From the NCBI GenBank assembly GCA_934101605.1, contig CAKORS010000001.1, positions 1 to 41,560 on the forward strand: DNA of 41,560 nt, written 5' to 3'. A model generated the notes under the pieces. The model was given only the letters and a program-made list of their open reading frames with translations, searched no databases and had not been told where the DNA came from. Numbering within the stretch: the first letter of the stretch is position 1; each line of letters opens with the position of its first letter. Made by a program: the position numbers and the translations under genes. This DNA is from an uncultured Bacilli bacterium (GTDB taxonomy: Bacteria > Bacillota_I > Bacilli_A > RF39 > UBA660). This document shows positions 8,877 through 17,879 of this stretch, in pieces.

Positions 8877-9719
8877 ATGCACAAGGAATATATTGATAAA
8901 CAGCCATTATTTTATAATTTTGTTACTAGTTCTATAAGGACTGGTAAAGTTTCTCATGCTTATTTGATTGAAACACATGGAGTTTCATATGCATATGATT
9001 TGACTCTTGATTTTGTTAAATATTTATTGGAGGATTTTTCTTTACCTATTGATGATGGTAATTATCCTGATGTTAAAATTATTGATAGTGAGACTATGAT
9101 TAAGAAAGAACAGATGGTAGATTTACAGAAATTGTTTTCTGTGAAACCTTTATATGGTAAATATTTAATATATGTAATAAAAGATGCTAGTTTATTAAAT
9201 TCTTCATCTTCTAATTCTATGTTAAAATTTTTAGAAGAACCAAGTGATGATATTATTGCTATTTTATTAGTTGATAATTGTTCTTTATTACTTGATACTA
9301 TCGTTTCTAGATGTCAGGTTTTATCTTTAATTCCTGATAATAATGTAGTTAATGATTTAGAAAATAAATTAATTGAACATTATGATATGACAGAGATATT
9401 GGAGTTTTATTCTGATATTGAGGATATTGGTTCTAAGGTAATATGTTATGATCCTTATCGTTTTAAGAATAATTTTGATTTGATTTTAGAATATGGATTA
9501 TATTTATATATGGATGTTTTATATTATTTATATGATTATAAAGGTAGTAGAAATATAAAGGATGAAGATATAATTAGAAAAATAGCCGATAAGAATGATT
9601 CTTGTAAGGTTATAAAGAAATTAGAAATAATCAATAAGTATATAGGTGATTATAAGTATAATGTGAATAAAGATTTATTTATAGATAGTTTTATTATAAA
9701 TTTAGGAGGTGTATTATGA
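8877..9719 (+). CDS. holB: DNA polymerase III subunit delta'
   Basis: Clamp-loader AAA+ fold (KVSHAYL, LKFLEEP, SRCQ). GAGG lies 7 nt upstream of ATG 8877. The track start at 8796 runs through the bofA terminator. Confidence 0.88.
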   Translation: MHKEYIDKQPLFYNFVTSSIRTGKVSHAYLIETHGVSYAYDLTLDFVKYLLEDFSLPIDDGNYPDVKIIDSETMIKKEQMVDLQKLFSVKPLYGKYLIYVIKDASLLNSSSSNSMLKFLEEPSDDIIAILLVDNCSLLLDTIVSRCQVLSLIPDNNVVNDLENKLIEHYDMTEILEFYSDIEDIGSKVICYDPYRFKNNFDLILEYGLYLYMDVLYYLYDYKGSRNIKDEDIIRKIADKNDSCKVIKKLEIINKYIGDYKYNVNKDLFIDSFIINLGGVL

Positions 9720-10495
9720 TTGATGTTATAGGTGTTAATTTTTCTGATTCAAGAAAGATTTATTATTTTTTACCTGATAATATAGAATTGAAGAAAGAGG
9801 ATTTAGTGGTTGTTGAAACTGAAAGAGGGGTTCAGCTTGCTAAAGTTGTTACTAATTTTATAAATGTTGATCCTGAAAAATTGGCTTCTGTTTTAAAGCC
9901 TATATTAAGAAAGGCTAGTAAGAAAGATATAGCTCAAAATACAAGAAACTGTATTGATGCTGAAAAAGCTTTGGATGATGCAATTAAAATTATTGAGGAA
10001 TTGGATCTTGATATGAATTTACTTAGTGCAAGTTTTACTTTGGATAGGAAGAAACTTTTATTTAACTTTTTGGCAGATGATAGAGTTGATTTTAGAGAAC
10101 TTGCTAAAAAATTAGCAGGTATATATAAAACAAGGATTGAATTAAGGCAAATAGGGGTTAGAGATAAAGCAAAAGAAGTAGGAGGAATAGGTCCTTGTGG
10201 TAGAGCTTTATGTTGTTCGACTTTCCTAAAAGATTTAAATAGTGTATCTATTAATATGGCTAAAAATCAAAATTTAGCGTTAAATCCTCAGAAAATTAAT
10301 GGAGCATGTGGTAGACTTATGTGTTGTTTATCTTATGAGAATGATAATTATCCTGAATATAAAAAGGGTCTTCCAAAAGTTGGGGATAAGGTTAAGTTAT
10401 CTCAAGGTGTAGGAAAAGTAATATATTTAGATTTATTTAATAGAAAATATAAGGTTGAACTTGAAGATGGAAAAATAGTTGATGTTGAAAAGTAG
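9716..10495 (+). CDS. ricT: PSP1-domain protein RicT/YaaT (stage 0 sporulation/RNA maturation complex)
   Basis: PSP1 C-terminal domain with a Cys cluster (GPCGRALCCSTF, CGRLMCCL). holB-yaaT synteny. Start overlaps the holB stop (ATGA). Confidence 0.9.
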   Translation: MIDVIGVNFSDSRKIYYFLPDNIELKKEDLVVVETERGVQLAKVVTNFINVDPEKLASVLKPILRKASKKDIAQNTRNCIDAEKALDDAIKIIEELDLDMNLLSASFTLDRKKLLFNFLADDRVDFRELAKKLAGIYKTRIELRQIGVRDKAKEVGGIGPCGRALCCSTFLKDLNSVSINMAKNQNLALNPQKINGACGRLMCCLSYENDNYPEYKKGLPKVGDKVKLSQGVGKVIYLDLFNRKYKVELEDGKIVDVEK

Positions 10496-10504
10496 TTTGC
10501 TTTA

Positions 10505-10513
10505 TGATATAAT
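10505..10513 (+). promoter_or_regulatory. Extended -10 promoter element TGATATAAT upstream of pth
   Basis: TGnTATAAT, 24 nt upstream of the pth start. Part of the recurring 12-mer TTATGATATAAT. Confidence 0.45.
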
Positions 10514-10536
10514 ATGGTAACTTTTGGAGGAATAGT

Positions 10537-11091
10537 ATGAAACTTATAGTAGGGTTAGGAAATCCTGGAAAAGCATATGAAAATACGAGACATAATATAG
10601 GATTTATGGTGATTGATAATTATGCTAATAACTTTAATATTTTGATTAATAAAGAAAAATTTGGAGGTCTTTACAATAAAAGTATTATAAATGGTGTAGA
10701 AGTAATGTTGTTGAAGCCTCAAGAATATATCAATTTATCTGGAGATGTTATTAAGCGATTTGTTGATTATTTTAAGATTGATATAAATGATATTTTGATT
10801 ATTAATGATGATTTAGATTTAGATTTTGGATGTATAAAATTAAAGTATAAAGGTTCTAGTGGAGGACATAATGGACTTAAGAATATTGAAAAAAATCTAA
10901 ATACAAATGAATATAAAAGACTTAAGATTGGAATATCTAATAATAAGAATATTGATACTAAAGATTATGTTTTGGGAAAATTTAGTAATGATGAGAGGCA
11001 AATTGTTGATAAAGTTTTGGTTCAAAGTGTAGATATATTAAATGATTATTTAAAATATTCTTTTGAAAAAGTGATGAGTAAGTATAATTAA
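10537..11091 (+). CDS. pth: Peptidyl-tRNA hydrolase
   Basis: LIVGLGNPG, TRHNIGF and a GGHNGLK-type motif. GGAGG RBS. Confidence 0.96.
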   Translation: MKLIVGLGNPGKAYENTRHNIGFMVIDNYANNFNILINKEKFGGLYNKSIINGVEVMLLKPQEYINLSGDVIKRFVDYFKIDINDILIINDDLDLDFGCIKLKYKGSSGGHNGLKNIEKNLNTNEYKRLKIGISNNKNIDTKDYVLGKFSNDERQIVDKVLVQSVDILNDYLKYSFEKVMSKYN

Positions 11092-11112
11092 TATTTCTTT
11101 TAGGAGGAAATA

Positions 11113-14100
11113 ATGAATATTTATGATAAAATAGTTCAATTTGATTATGAAAATAACATGGGTCTAGTAAATATGACCTATGAATTTTTTGCTTTGTATG
11201 TAAAAAAATTACGTGATATTAAGAAAAGATCTATTTTAATAGTTACTCCTAGTTTATATGAGGCCAATAAATTAAATGATAGTATTAATAATTATGTTGA
11301 TGCTAAAGTTTTTCAAGTTGATGATGTTGTAAATGCTTTTTTAAAAACTTCAGAGTTAAAGACTGAGAGATTAGGTATTATTAATGATTTAATAAATAAT
11401 GATAATCAAGTTATTTTGACTGATTTAAAAGGATATTTGAAGAAGTTTTCTAATCCAAAAGAATATAATGAAAATATAATAAATATAGCAAAAAATGATG
11501 ATTTATCTAGAGATAATTTGATTTTAAAACTAGATGATGGTGGCTATGAAAGAGTTTCAATTGTAACAAAGACTGGTGAATATTCAGTTCATGGTTTTGT
11601 TCTTGATATTTTTTGTATTAATAAAGAAAATCCAATTAGGTTGGAATTTTTTGGTGATACTATAGAATCTATTAGGGAATTTGATGCTGGAACTCAAAAA
11701 TCTATAAATGATATTAATGATGTTATTATTTATCCTAATAGAGATGATATGAATAATGATTCTACTATTATTGATTATATGAATGATCCTATAGTGGTTT
11801 TTAAGGATTATATTCAACAGAAAATAACTTATAGTAATTTAGTTAATGAAATTGATGATATTTCTGTTTTTAAGAGTTTTGATGAGATAAAGTATAATGA
11901 TTGTTTATATTATTTTGATTTTGATAGTAGTTTAGAAATGAAATTATCTAAGATTCTTGATTTTAAAGTTAATAAAGCTCCTTTGTTTTATGAAAAGATT
12001 GATAGTTTGAGCAAAGCTTTAAATGATTTTATAAATGATGATAAGACTGTTATTATTAGTTTACCTAATACTGATGTTAATAGATTTATGGAAGAGGTTA
12101 AGGTAAGGGCTTTAATTACAGATGTTAATAATATAAAAGATGGTTGTATAAATATTATAAAAAACTCTATGAGTTATGGATTTATCTTTAATAATTATGT
12201 TTTTTTAACTGAATATGAATTATTTAACAAAACTAGTAAGGTAAAAAAACATAAGCAGAGATTTAAATTTGCTACAAGGATTAAAGATATAAATAAACTA
12301 GAAATTGGAGATTATGTTGTTCATGCATCGCATGGAATAGGTATATATAATGGTATTAAAACATTAAGTAAAAAGGGATGTTTAGGAGACTATTTAGAGG
12401 TTTTATATGATAAAGGAGATAAGTTATATATACCAGCTTCTAAGATTGAACTTATTAGTAAGTATTCTGGTAAGGATGGGTATGCTCCTAAGATTAATTC
12501 TTTAGGTAGTACTTCATGGCTTAAAACTAAGCAAAGGGTTAGGGAAAAGATTAGATATGAAGCAGAGAGACTTATTAAAGTTCAAGCTTTAAGAAGTATG
12601 AATAAAGGATTTAAATTTAGTAAAGATTCTACGTTACAGACAGAGTTTGAAAGTGAATTTAAATATGAAGAGACTGCTGATCAATTAAGAGTAACTGAAG
12701 AGATAAAAAGGGATATGGAAAGCGATACTCCTATGGATAGGATTTTATGTGGTGATGTAGGTTATGGTAAGACTGAGGTTGCTTTTAGAGCTTGTTTTAA
12801 AGCTATTATGGATTCTAAACAGGTATTGTATTTATGTCCAACGACTCTTCTTTCTAAGCAACAGTATGAAGCTGCTTTAGAGCGCTTTAAAAATTATCCT
12901 GTTAATATAGGCATATTAAATAGATTTACTACTCCTAAAAATGTTGAGAAAATTCTTTTGGATTTAAAGAGTGGAAAGTTGGATTTTTTAATTGGAACTC
13001 ATAGACTTTTATCTGATGATGTTATTACTCATGATTTGGGTTTACTTGTTATTGATGAAGAACAAAGATTTGGAGTTGCCCATAAAGAAAAGATAAAAGA
13101 AATGAAAAATAATATTGATGTTCTTACTTTAACTGCTACACCAATACCTAGAACACTTCAGATGGCAATGGTTGGTATTAAAAATTTATCTTTAATTGAA
13201 ACACCACCAAAGAATAGACGTTCTATTCAGACTTATGTTTTACCTTATGATAAAAGGGTTATAAGGGATGCTATATATAAAGAATTATCTCGTGATGGAC
13301 AAATTTTTGTTCTTTATAATAATGTTTCTGATATAGAGGTTAAGAAGACTGAGATTGAATATTTGGCACCGGATGCTAAGGTTATAATTGCTCATGGGCA
13401 GATGAATAAGTCTCAACTTGAAGAAAGAGTAAATAGTTTTATAGAGGGTAAATATAATGTTTTATTATGCACTACAATTATTGAGACGGGAATTGATATT
13501 TCTAATGCTAATAGTTTAATTATTTTGAATGCAGATAGATTTGGTCTTAGTCAACTTTATCAAATTAGAGGAAGAGTAGGACGTGGTGAAAGACAGGCAT
13601 ATGCTTATCTTATGTATGACGGAAATAAAGTTTTAAATGATATAGCAGTTAAAAGACTTTCTGTTATAAAAGATTTTACTGAACTTGGTAGTGGTTTTGC
13701 TATTGCTACAAGGGATTTATCTATAAGAGGAGCTGGTGATATTTTAGGTGCTGAGCAGGCTGGATTTATAGATTCTGTAGGAATAGATTTATATATGAAG
13801 ATGCTTAATGAAGAGATAATGAGATTAAAGGGTATAGAAGTAGAAGATAGTGATGATAATAATTCTCAACCACTAATTAATGTTTCGACTTTTGTTGATG
13901 ATAACTATGTAAGTGACGAAGATTTGAAGATTGAGATTCATAAGATGATAAATTCTATTAATGATAAAAATGATATGCTTAGAGTTCAAGATGAACTTGA
14001 GGATAGATTTGGTAAACTTAGTGATGATTTAATTATTTATATGAATGAAGAATTATTTGAAAAATTAAGTAAAAAGTTAGGAGTTAGAGAAGTAATTGAA

Positions 14101-14301
14101 AATAATAATTATATAGAGTTAGTGGTTAATTCTTTGGTTTCTCAAGATATAAATTATGAGGAATTATTTGCTAAGTCTATAAAGATATCTAATAAATTTA
14201 TTTTTAGTTATAAACATAATGAATTCCATATAAGACTTAATAAAAATGCTTTGGATTGTCATCCTATATTTTATTTAAATAAGATTTTAGAAGAGATTTG
14301 A
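11113..14301 (+). CDS. mfd: Transcription-repair coupling factor
   Basis: 1062 aa. CarD/RID-like region (GDYVVHASHGIG), SF2 helicase motifs GDVGYGKTEVA and DEEQRFG, and a TRG motif region. Confidence 0.96.
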   Translation: MNIYDKIVQFDYENNMGLVNMTYEFFALYVKKLRDIKKRSILIVTPSLYEANKLNDSINNYVDAKVFQVDDVVNAFLKTSELKTERLGIINDLINNDNQVILTDLKGYLKKFSNPKEYNENIINIAKNDDLSRDNLILKLDDGGYERVSIVTKTGEYSVHGFVLDIFCINKENPIRLEFFGDTIESIREFDAGTQKSINDINDVIIYPNRDDMNNDSTIIDYMNDPIVVFKDYIQQKITYSNLVNEIDDISVFKSFDEIKYNDCLYYFDFDSSLEMKLSKILDFKVNKAPLFYEKIDSLSKALNDFINDDKTVIISLPNTDVNRFMEEVKVRALITDVNNIKDGCINIIKNSMSYGFIFNNYVFLTEYELFNKTSKVKKHKQRFKFATRIKDINKLEIGDYVVHASHGIGIYNGIKTLSKKGCLGDYLEVLYDKGDKLYIPASKIELISKYSGKDGYAPKINSLGSTSWLKTKQRVREKIRYEAERLIKVQALRSMNKGFKFSKDSTLQTEFESEFKYEETADQLRVTEEIKRDMESDTPMDRILCGDVGYGKTEVAFRACFKAIMDSKQVLYLCPTTLLSKQQYEAALERFKNYPVNIGILNRFTTPKNVEKILLDLKSGKLDFLIGTHRLLSDDVITHDLGLLVIDEEQRFGVAHKEKIKEMKNNIDVLTLTATPIPRTLQMAMVGIKNLSLIETPPKNRRSIQTYVLPYDKRVIRDAIYKELSRDGQIFVLYNNVSDIEVKKTEIEYLAPDAKVIIAHGQMNKSQLEERVNSFIEGKYNVLLCTTIIETGIDISNANSLIILNADRFGLSQLYQIRGRVGRGERQAYAYLMYDGNKVLNDIAVKRLSVIKDFTELGSGFAIATRDLSIRGAGDILGAEQAGFIDSVGIDLYMKMLNEEIMRLKGIEVEDSDDNNSQPLINVSTFVDDNYVSDEDLKIEIHKMINSINDKNDMLRVQDELEDRFGKLSDDLIIYMNEELFEKLSKKLGVREVIENNNYIELVVNSLVSQDINYEELFAKSIKISNKFIFSYKHNEFHIRLNKNALDCHPIFYLNKILEEI

Positions 14302-14315
14302 TATCTCTTTTTTTA
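14291..14315 (+). terminator. Intrinsic terminator overlapping the mfd stop codon
   Basis: AAGAGAT-TTGAT-ATCTCTT hairpin followed by a T-run. Confidence 0.55.
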
Positions 14316-14462
14316 TTTATTTAACTATAGTTTAACTATTGGAAAAAATTACCAGCTAAAAAGTGGCTATATTAAGATTATAATTGAATATAGAAGAAGA
14401 ACTATTTATGTATAAATTTTGAGATATTACAAAGAATAATTATAGTTGAAAGCGAGGAATAT

Positions 14463-14990
14463 ATGAAAACAACTGGATTGGTTAGAAGAATTGATGATTT
14501 GGGAAGGATTGTTATTCCTAAGGAAATAAGAAAGAATTTAAGAATTAAAGATGGAGAATCTTTGGAAATATTTTTGGATAGAGATAATATTATTTTAAAG
14601 AAATATTCTATGCTTGAAGGTCTTGAAGATTTTTATAAGAATTATGTTGAATCTGTTCAGTCATTTATAAAAGAGAATGTTATGATTGTGGATAATGATA
14701 AGTTTGTCGCTGTAGCAGGAGATTTGAAGAAAAAGTATTTAAATGTTAATATTTCAAAATATATAGAAAATGTTATTAATAAAAGACAAGAAGTAGTTAT
14801 TAAAGATAAAAGTGATTTTGAACTTAGTGATGGAGTATATGAAAGTTGTTGTTATGTTATATCTCCAATTATAGCTAGTGGTGATGCAATAGGTGCTTTT
14901 ATTATAGTTACTAAAGGTCATAAAATGGATGGTTTTTACACTAAAACTGCTAGTATTGCAGCTAAATTTTTGGGAAAATATATTGAATAA
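14463..14990 (+). CDS. spoVT: Stage V sporulation transcription regulator SpoVT (AbrB-type swapped hairpin + GAF-like C-domain)
   Basis: N-terminus MKTTGLVRRIDDLGRIVIPKEIRKNLRIKDGESLEIF is near-identical in pattern to B. subtilis SpoVT. The 175-aa length fits SpoVT rather than AbrB. mfd-spoVT synteny. Confidence 0.9.
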   Translation: MKTTGLVRRIDDLGRIVIPKEIRKNLRIKDGESLEIFLDRDNIILKKYSMLEGLEDFYKNYVESVQSFIKENVMIVDNDKFVAVAGDLKKKYLNVNISKYIENVINKRQEVVIKDKSDFELSDGVYESCCYVISPIIASGDAIGAFIIVTKGHKMDGFYTKTASIAAKFLGKYIE

Positions 14991-15011
14991 TAGAAATATT
15001 TGTGCTAGAAT
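14983..15011 (+). promoter_or_regulatory. Promoter of the metG T-box leader
   Basis: TTGAAT (14983-14988), 17-bp spacer, TAGAAT (15006-15011) with a TG extension at 15003-15004. Confidence 0.55.
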
Positions 15012-15023
15012 ACGTTTATGTTA

Positions 15024-15216
15024 AATGCAATGAAGAAAAGAGCAAAAGATTATTTATGTAAGAGAGTCTATGTTTGGTGTAAATAGATATAAATACTTTT
15101 GGTATGGTTTTGGAGCAGAAATATCCGCAGATATGCGTTAAAATATTTAAGATAGTTTATTCTATAAATTAAGGTGGTACCACGGTTTATTTCGTCCTTA
15201 GGTATTACCTTTTTTA
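15024..15216 (+). promoter_or_regulatory. T-box riboswitch leader, AUG (Met) specifier, controlling metG
   Basis: K-turn/GA motif (UGCAAUGAAG ... GAGCA), AG bay AGAGAG and distal-loop GGUG. Specifier loop GGU-AUG-G with AUG at 15104-15106. T-box sequence AAUUAAGGUGGUACCACG (15167-15184). Terminator AAGGUGGUACC/GGUAUUACCUU followed by a U-run. Confidence 0.88.
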
Positions 15217-15249
15217 TTTTATAATATAATTAAGAAAGGAAGTTTTAGT

Positions 15250-16770
15250 ATGAATAAAAATTATTATATAACAACACCAATTTATTATCCTAGTGCAAAT
15301 TTTCATATAGGACATTGTTATACAACAATTATTGCAGATGCTATAGCAAGATATAAAAGATTAAAGGGATATGATGTTTTCTTTTTAACAGGATCAGATG
15401 AGCATGGACAAAAAATAGAAAATAAGGCAAAAGAGGCAAATCTTTCTCCTAAAGAATATGTTGATAAGATAATTTTAAATGCACAAGATTTGTGGAAATG
15501 TTTAGGAATAAGTTATGATAAGTTTATAAGAACTACAGATCATTATCATGAAGAAGCTGTTCAAAAAATATTTAAGAAATTATATGATCAAGGAGATATA
15601 TATTTAGGTGAATATGAAGGATTATATTGTACTCCTTGTGAGTCTTTTTGGACAGAAACTCAACTTATTGATGGAAAATGTCCTGATTGTGGAAGAGAGG
15701 TTCATTTGGTAAAGGAAGAAAGTTATTTCTTTAAGTTATCAAAATATCAAAAGAGAATAGAGGAATTATATGAAACAAATTCTGATTTTATTCAACCTCA
15801 ATCAAGAAAAAATGAGATGCTTAATAATTTTATAAAACCTGGCCTAGAGGATTTGTGTGTTTCTAGAACTACATTTAAATGGGGTATTCCTGTTAGTTTT
15901 AATCCTAAACATGTTGTTTATGTTTGGATTGATGCTTTAACTAATTATATTACTGCTCTAGGATATATGAGTGATGATGATAGTTTATTTAAAAAGTTTT
16001 GGCCAGCTGATTTACATTTGGTTGGAAAAGAAATTGTTAGATTCCATACCATAATATGGCCTGCTTTATTAATGGCACTTGATTTACCTCTTCCTAAAAA
16101 GGTGTTTGGTCATGGATGGTTAAAGATTGATGGAGGAAAAATTTCTAAATCTTTAGGTAATTATAAGGATCCAAGAACATATATTGATTTATATGGTGTT
16201 GATGCTGTTAGATATTATGCTTTAAAAGAGGTTTCTTTTGGACAAGATGGTAATTTTTCTGAAGAAGCTTTAATAACAAGAACTAATGGAGATCTTGCTA
16301 ATGTATTAGGTAATTTAGTTAATAGAACTATTGCAATGGCTAATAAGTATTTTGATGGAGTTATTACTTGTAAAGAATGTAATGGGGATTTAGATAATAT
16401 TTTTATTGAGAAACGTTCTACTTTAGCTGATACTATAGATTCTTATATAGAAAAATTAGAGATTAATAATGCATTGGATGTTATTTTTGATTATTTAAGA
16501 GATAGTAATAAATATATAGATGATACAACTCCTTGGAGTTTAGCAAAAGATGATGCCAATAAAGATAGATTAGAAACAGTTTTATATAATTTATTACAAG
16601 CAATACATACATGTAGTATTTTACTTCAACCTTTTATACCTACTACTAGTGAAAAGATATTCGAACAATTAGGAGTTACAGAAAAAGGACTTGATGATAT
16701 AGGTAAAATAAAGGAATTTAGAGTTGGAAAACCGGAAGTTTTATTTAAAAGAATAGAAATCGACAAATAA
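15250..16770 (+). CDS. metG: Methionine--tRNA ligase (short form, no C-terminal tRNA-binding domain)
   Basis: Class I motifs HIGH (NFHIGHCYT) and KISKS. Zinc knuckle CTPCE...CPDCG. Confidence 0.97.
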   Translation: MNKNYYITTPIYYPSANFHIGHCYTTIIADAIARYKRLKGYDVFFLTGSDEHGQKIENKAKEANLSPKEYVDKIILNAQDLWKCLGISYDKFIRTTDHYHEEAVQKIFKKLYDQGDIYLGEYEGLYCTPCESFWTETQLIDGKCPDCGREVHLVKEESYFFKLSKYQKRIEELYETNSDFIQPQSRKNEMLNNFIKPGLEDLCVSRTTFKWGIPVSFNPKHVVYVWIDALTNYITALGYMSDDDSLFKKFWPADLHLVGKEIVRFHTIIWPALLMALDLPLPKKVFGHGWLKIDGGKISKSLGNYKDPRTYIDLYGVDAVRYYALKEVSFGQDGNFSEEALITRTNGDLANVLGNLVNRTIAMANKYFDGVITCKECNGDLDNIFIEKRSTLADTIDSYIEKLEINNALDVIFDYLRDSNKYIDDTTPWSLAKDDANKDRLETVLYNLLQAIHTCSILLQPFIPTTSEKIFEQLGVTEKGLDDIGKIKEFRVGKPEVLFKRIEIDK

Positions 16771-16779
16771 TTTGTAAAA

Positions 16780-16818
16780 AATAGTGTAAACTTATAAAAA
16801 AGTTCACTATTTTTATTT
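16780..16818 (+). terminator. Intrinsic terminator after metG
   Basis: AATAGTG..AACT / AGTT..CACTATT hairpin followed by TTTTATTTT. Confidence 0.5.
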
Positions 16819-16873
16819 TGTTTATTTAAAATTAGTGTAATAATTTTTATGTGGTAAAGCAAAGGAGATAAGA

Positions 16874-17023
16874 ATGCGATTTGAAAAAGCTGTGATGTTA
16901 TCTTTATGTGCTATCATTTTAAGTATTTTGATATCTAATATTATATTAGATAAAAGCATATTGGATATAAGTTATTTTGTTATGTTAGTACTTAGTTTTA
17001 TCAAATTAAAGAAGTTAGCTTAA
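16874..17023 (+). CDS. Hypothetical 49-aa membrane peptide (not in ORF track)
   Basis: AAGGAG (16862-16867) lies 6 nt before the ATG. Product MRFEKAVMLSLCAIILSILISNIILDKSILDISYFVMLVLSFIKLKKLA has two hydrophobic stretches. It has its own terminator immediately downstream. Confidence 0.45.
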   Translation: MRFEKAVMLSLCAIILSILISNIILDKSILDISYFVMLVLSFIKLKKLA

Positions 17024-17050
17024 GATACCACTTATGGTATTCTTTTTTTT
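17024..17050 (+). terminator. Intrinsic terminator after the 49-aa ORF
   Basis: ATACCA-CTTA-TGGTAT hairpin followed by a T8 run. Confidence 0.6.
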
Positions 17051-17061
17051 GGGAGGTTTAA

Positions 17062-17805
17062 ATGCTTATAGATACTCATTGTCATTTAGCACATGATGAA
17101 GATATAGATAAAATAATAAATGATGCAAAAGAAAATAATGTTGATTATTTAGTTTTAGGTGGATGCTCTAAAAAAGAAAATATAGAAAATTTAAATTTAG
17201 TAAGTAAATATAACAATATATATGCAACTTTAGGTTATCACCCTGATATGTGTTTAGAGTATGATGATTCTTTTCTTTCTTTATTAGAAAATCAAATAAA
17301 AAATAAAAAGGTTTTAGCAATAGGGGAAATAGGATTAGATTATCATTATGGAAAAGAAAATAGGAATGAACAAATAAAAATGTTTAGAGATCAACTTTTG
17401 TTAGCTCAAAAATATAACCTTCCTGTTGTTATTCATTCTAGAGATGCAGTTAATGATACTATTAATATATTAAAGGAATATAATGTTAAGGGTATTATTC
17501 ATTGTTTTTCTGGAAGTTTAGAGGTTGCTTTAGAATATATAAAGATGGGTTATTTATTAGGGATAGGTGGAGTAGTTACTTTTAAGAATAGTAAATTATC
17601 TCTTTGTTTAAAAAATATTTCTTTAGATAATATTGTATTAGAGACTGATAGTCCTTATTTATCCCCTATAAGAGGAGAAAAGAATAGTCCTAAAAATATT
17701 TTGTTAGTAGCGGAGTTTTTAGCAAAATTATATAATGTTAGTTTAGAACAAGTTGCAAAAAAGACAACTGATAATGCTTTATTGGTTTTTGGCATATCTA
17801 ATTAG
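17062..17805 (+). CDS. tatD: TatD-family metal-dependent DNase/hydrolase
   Basis: N-terminal IDTHCHL, GEIGLDYHY and a HSRDA-type motif. metG-tatD (metS-yabD) synteny. Confidence 0.93.
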   Translation: MLIDTHCHLAHDEDIDKIINDAKENNVDYLVLGGCSKKENIENLNLVSKYNNIYATLGYHPDMCLEYDDSFLSLLENQIKNKKVLAIGEIGLDYHYGKENRNEQIKMFRDQLLLAQKYNLPVVIHSRDAVNDTINILKEYNVKGIIHCFSGSLEVALEYIKMGYLLGIGGVVTFKNSKLSLCLKNISLDNIVLETDSPYLSPIRGEKNSPKNILLVAEFLAKLYNVSLEQVAKKTTDNALLVFGISN

Positions 17806-17879
17806 CATAATATTTCTTTAATTTTTTTAAATATTATGTTATTATTTTATTAGATTAGAAAGTAAGGGTTGATATAGTG

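Noticed and set aside
17816-17848. AT-only inverted repeat CATAATATTT-N13-AAATATTATG after tatD.
   Set aside because: It may be a weak terminator. However, it consists entirely of A/T apart from the terminal C/G, has a large loop, and is of a kind expected by chance in AT-rich intergenic DNA.
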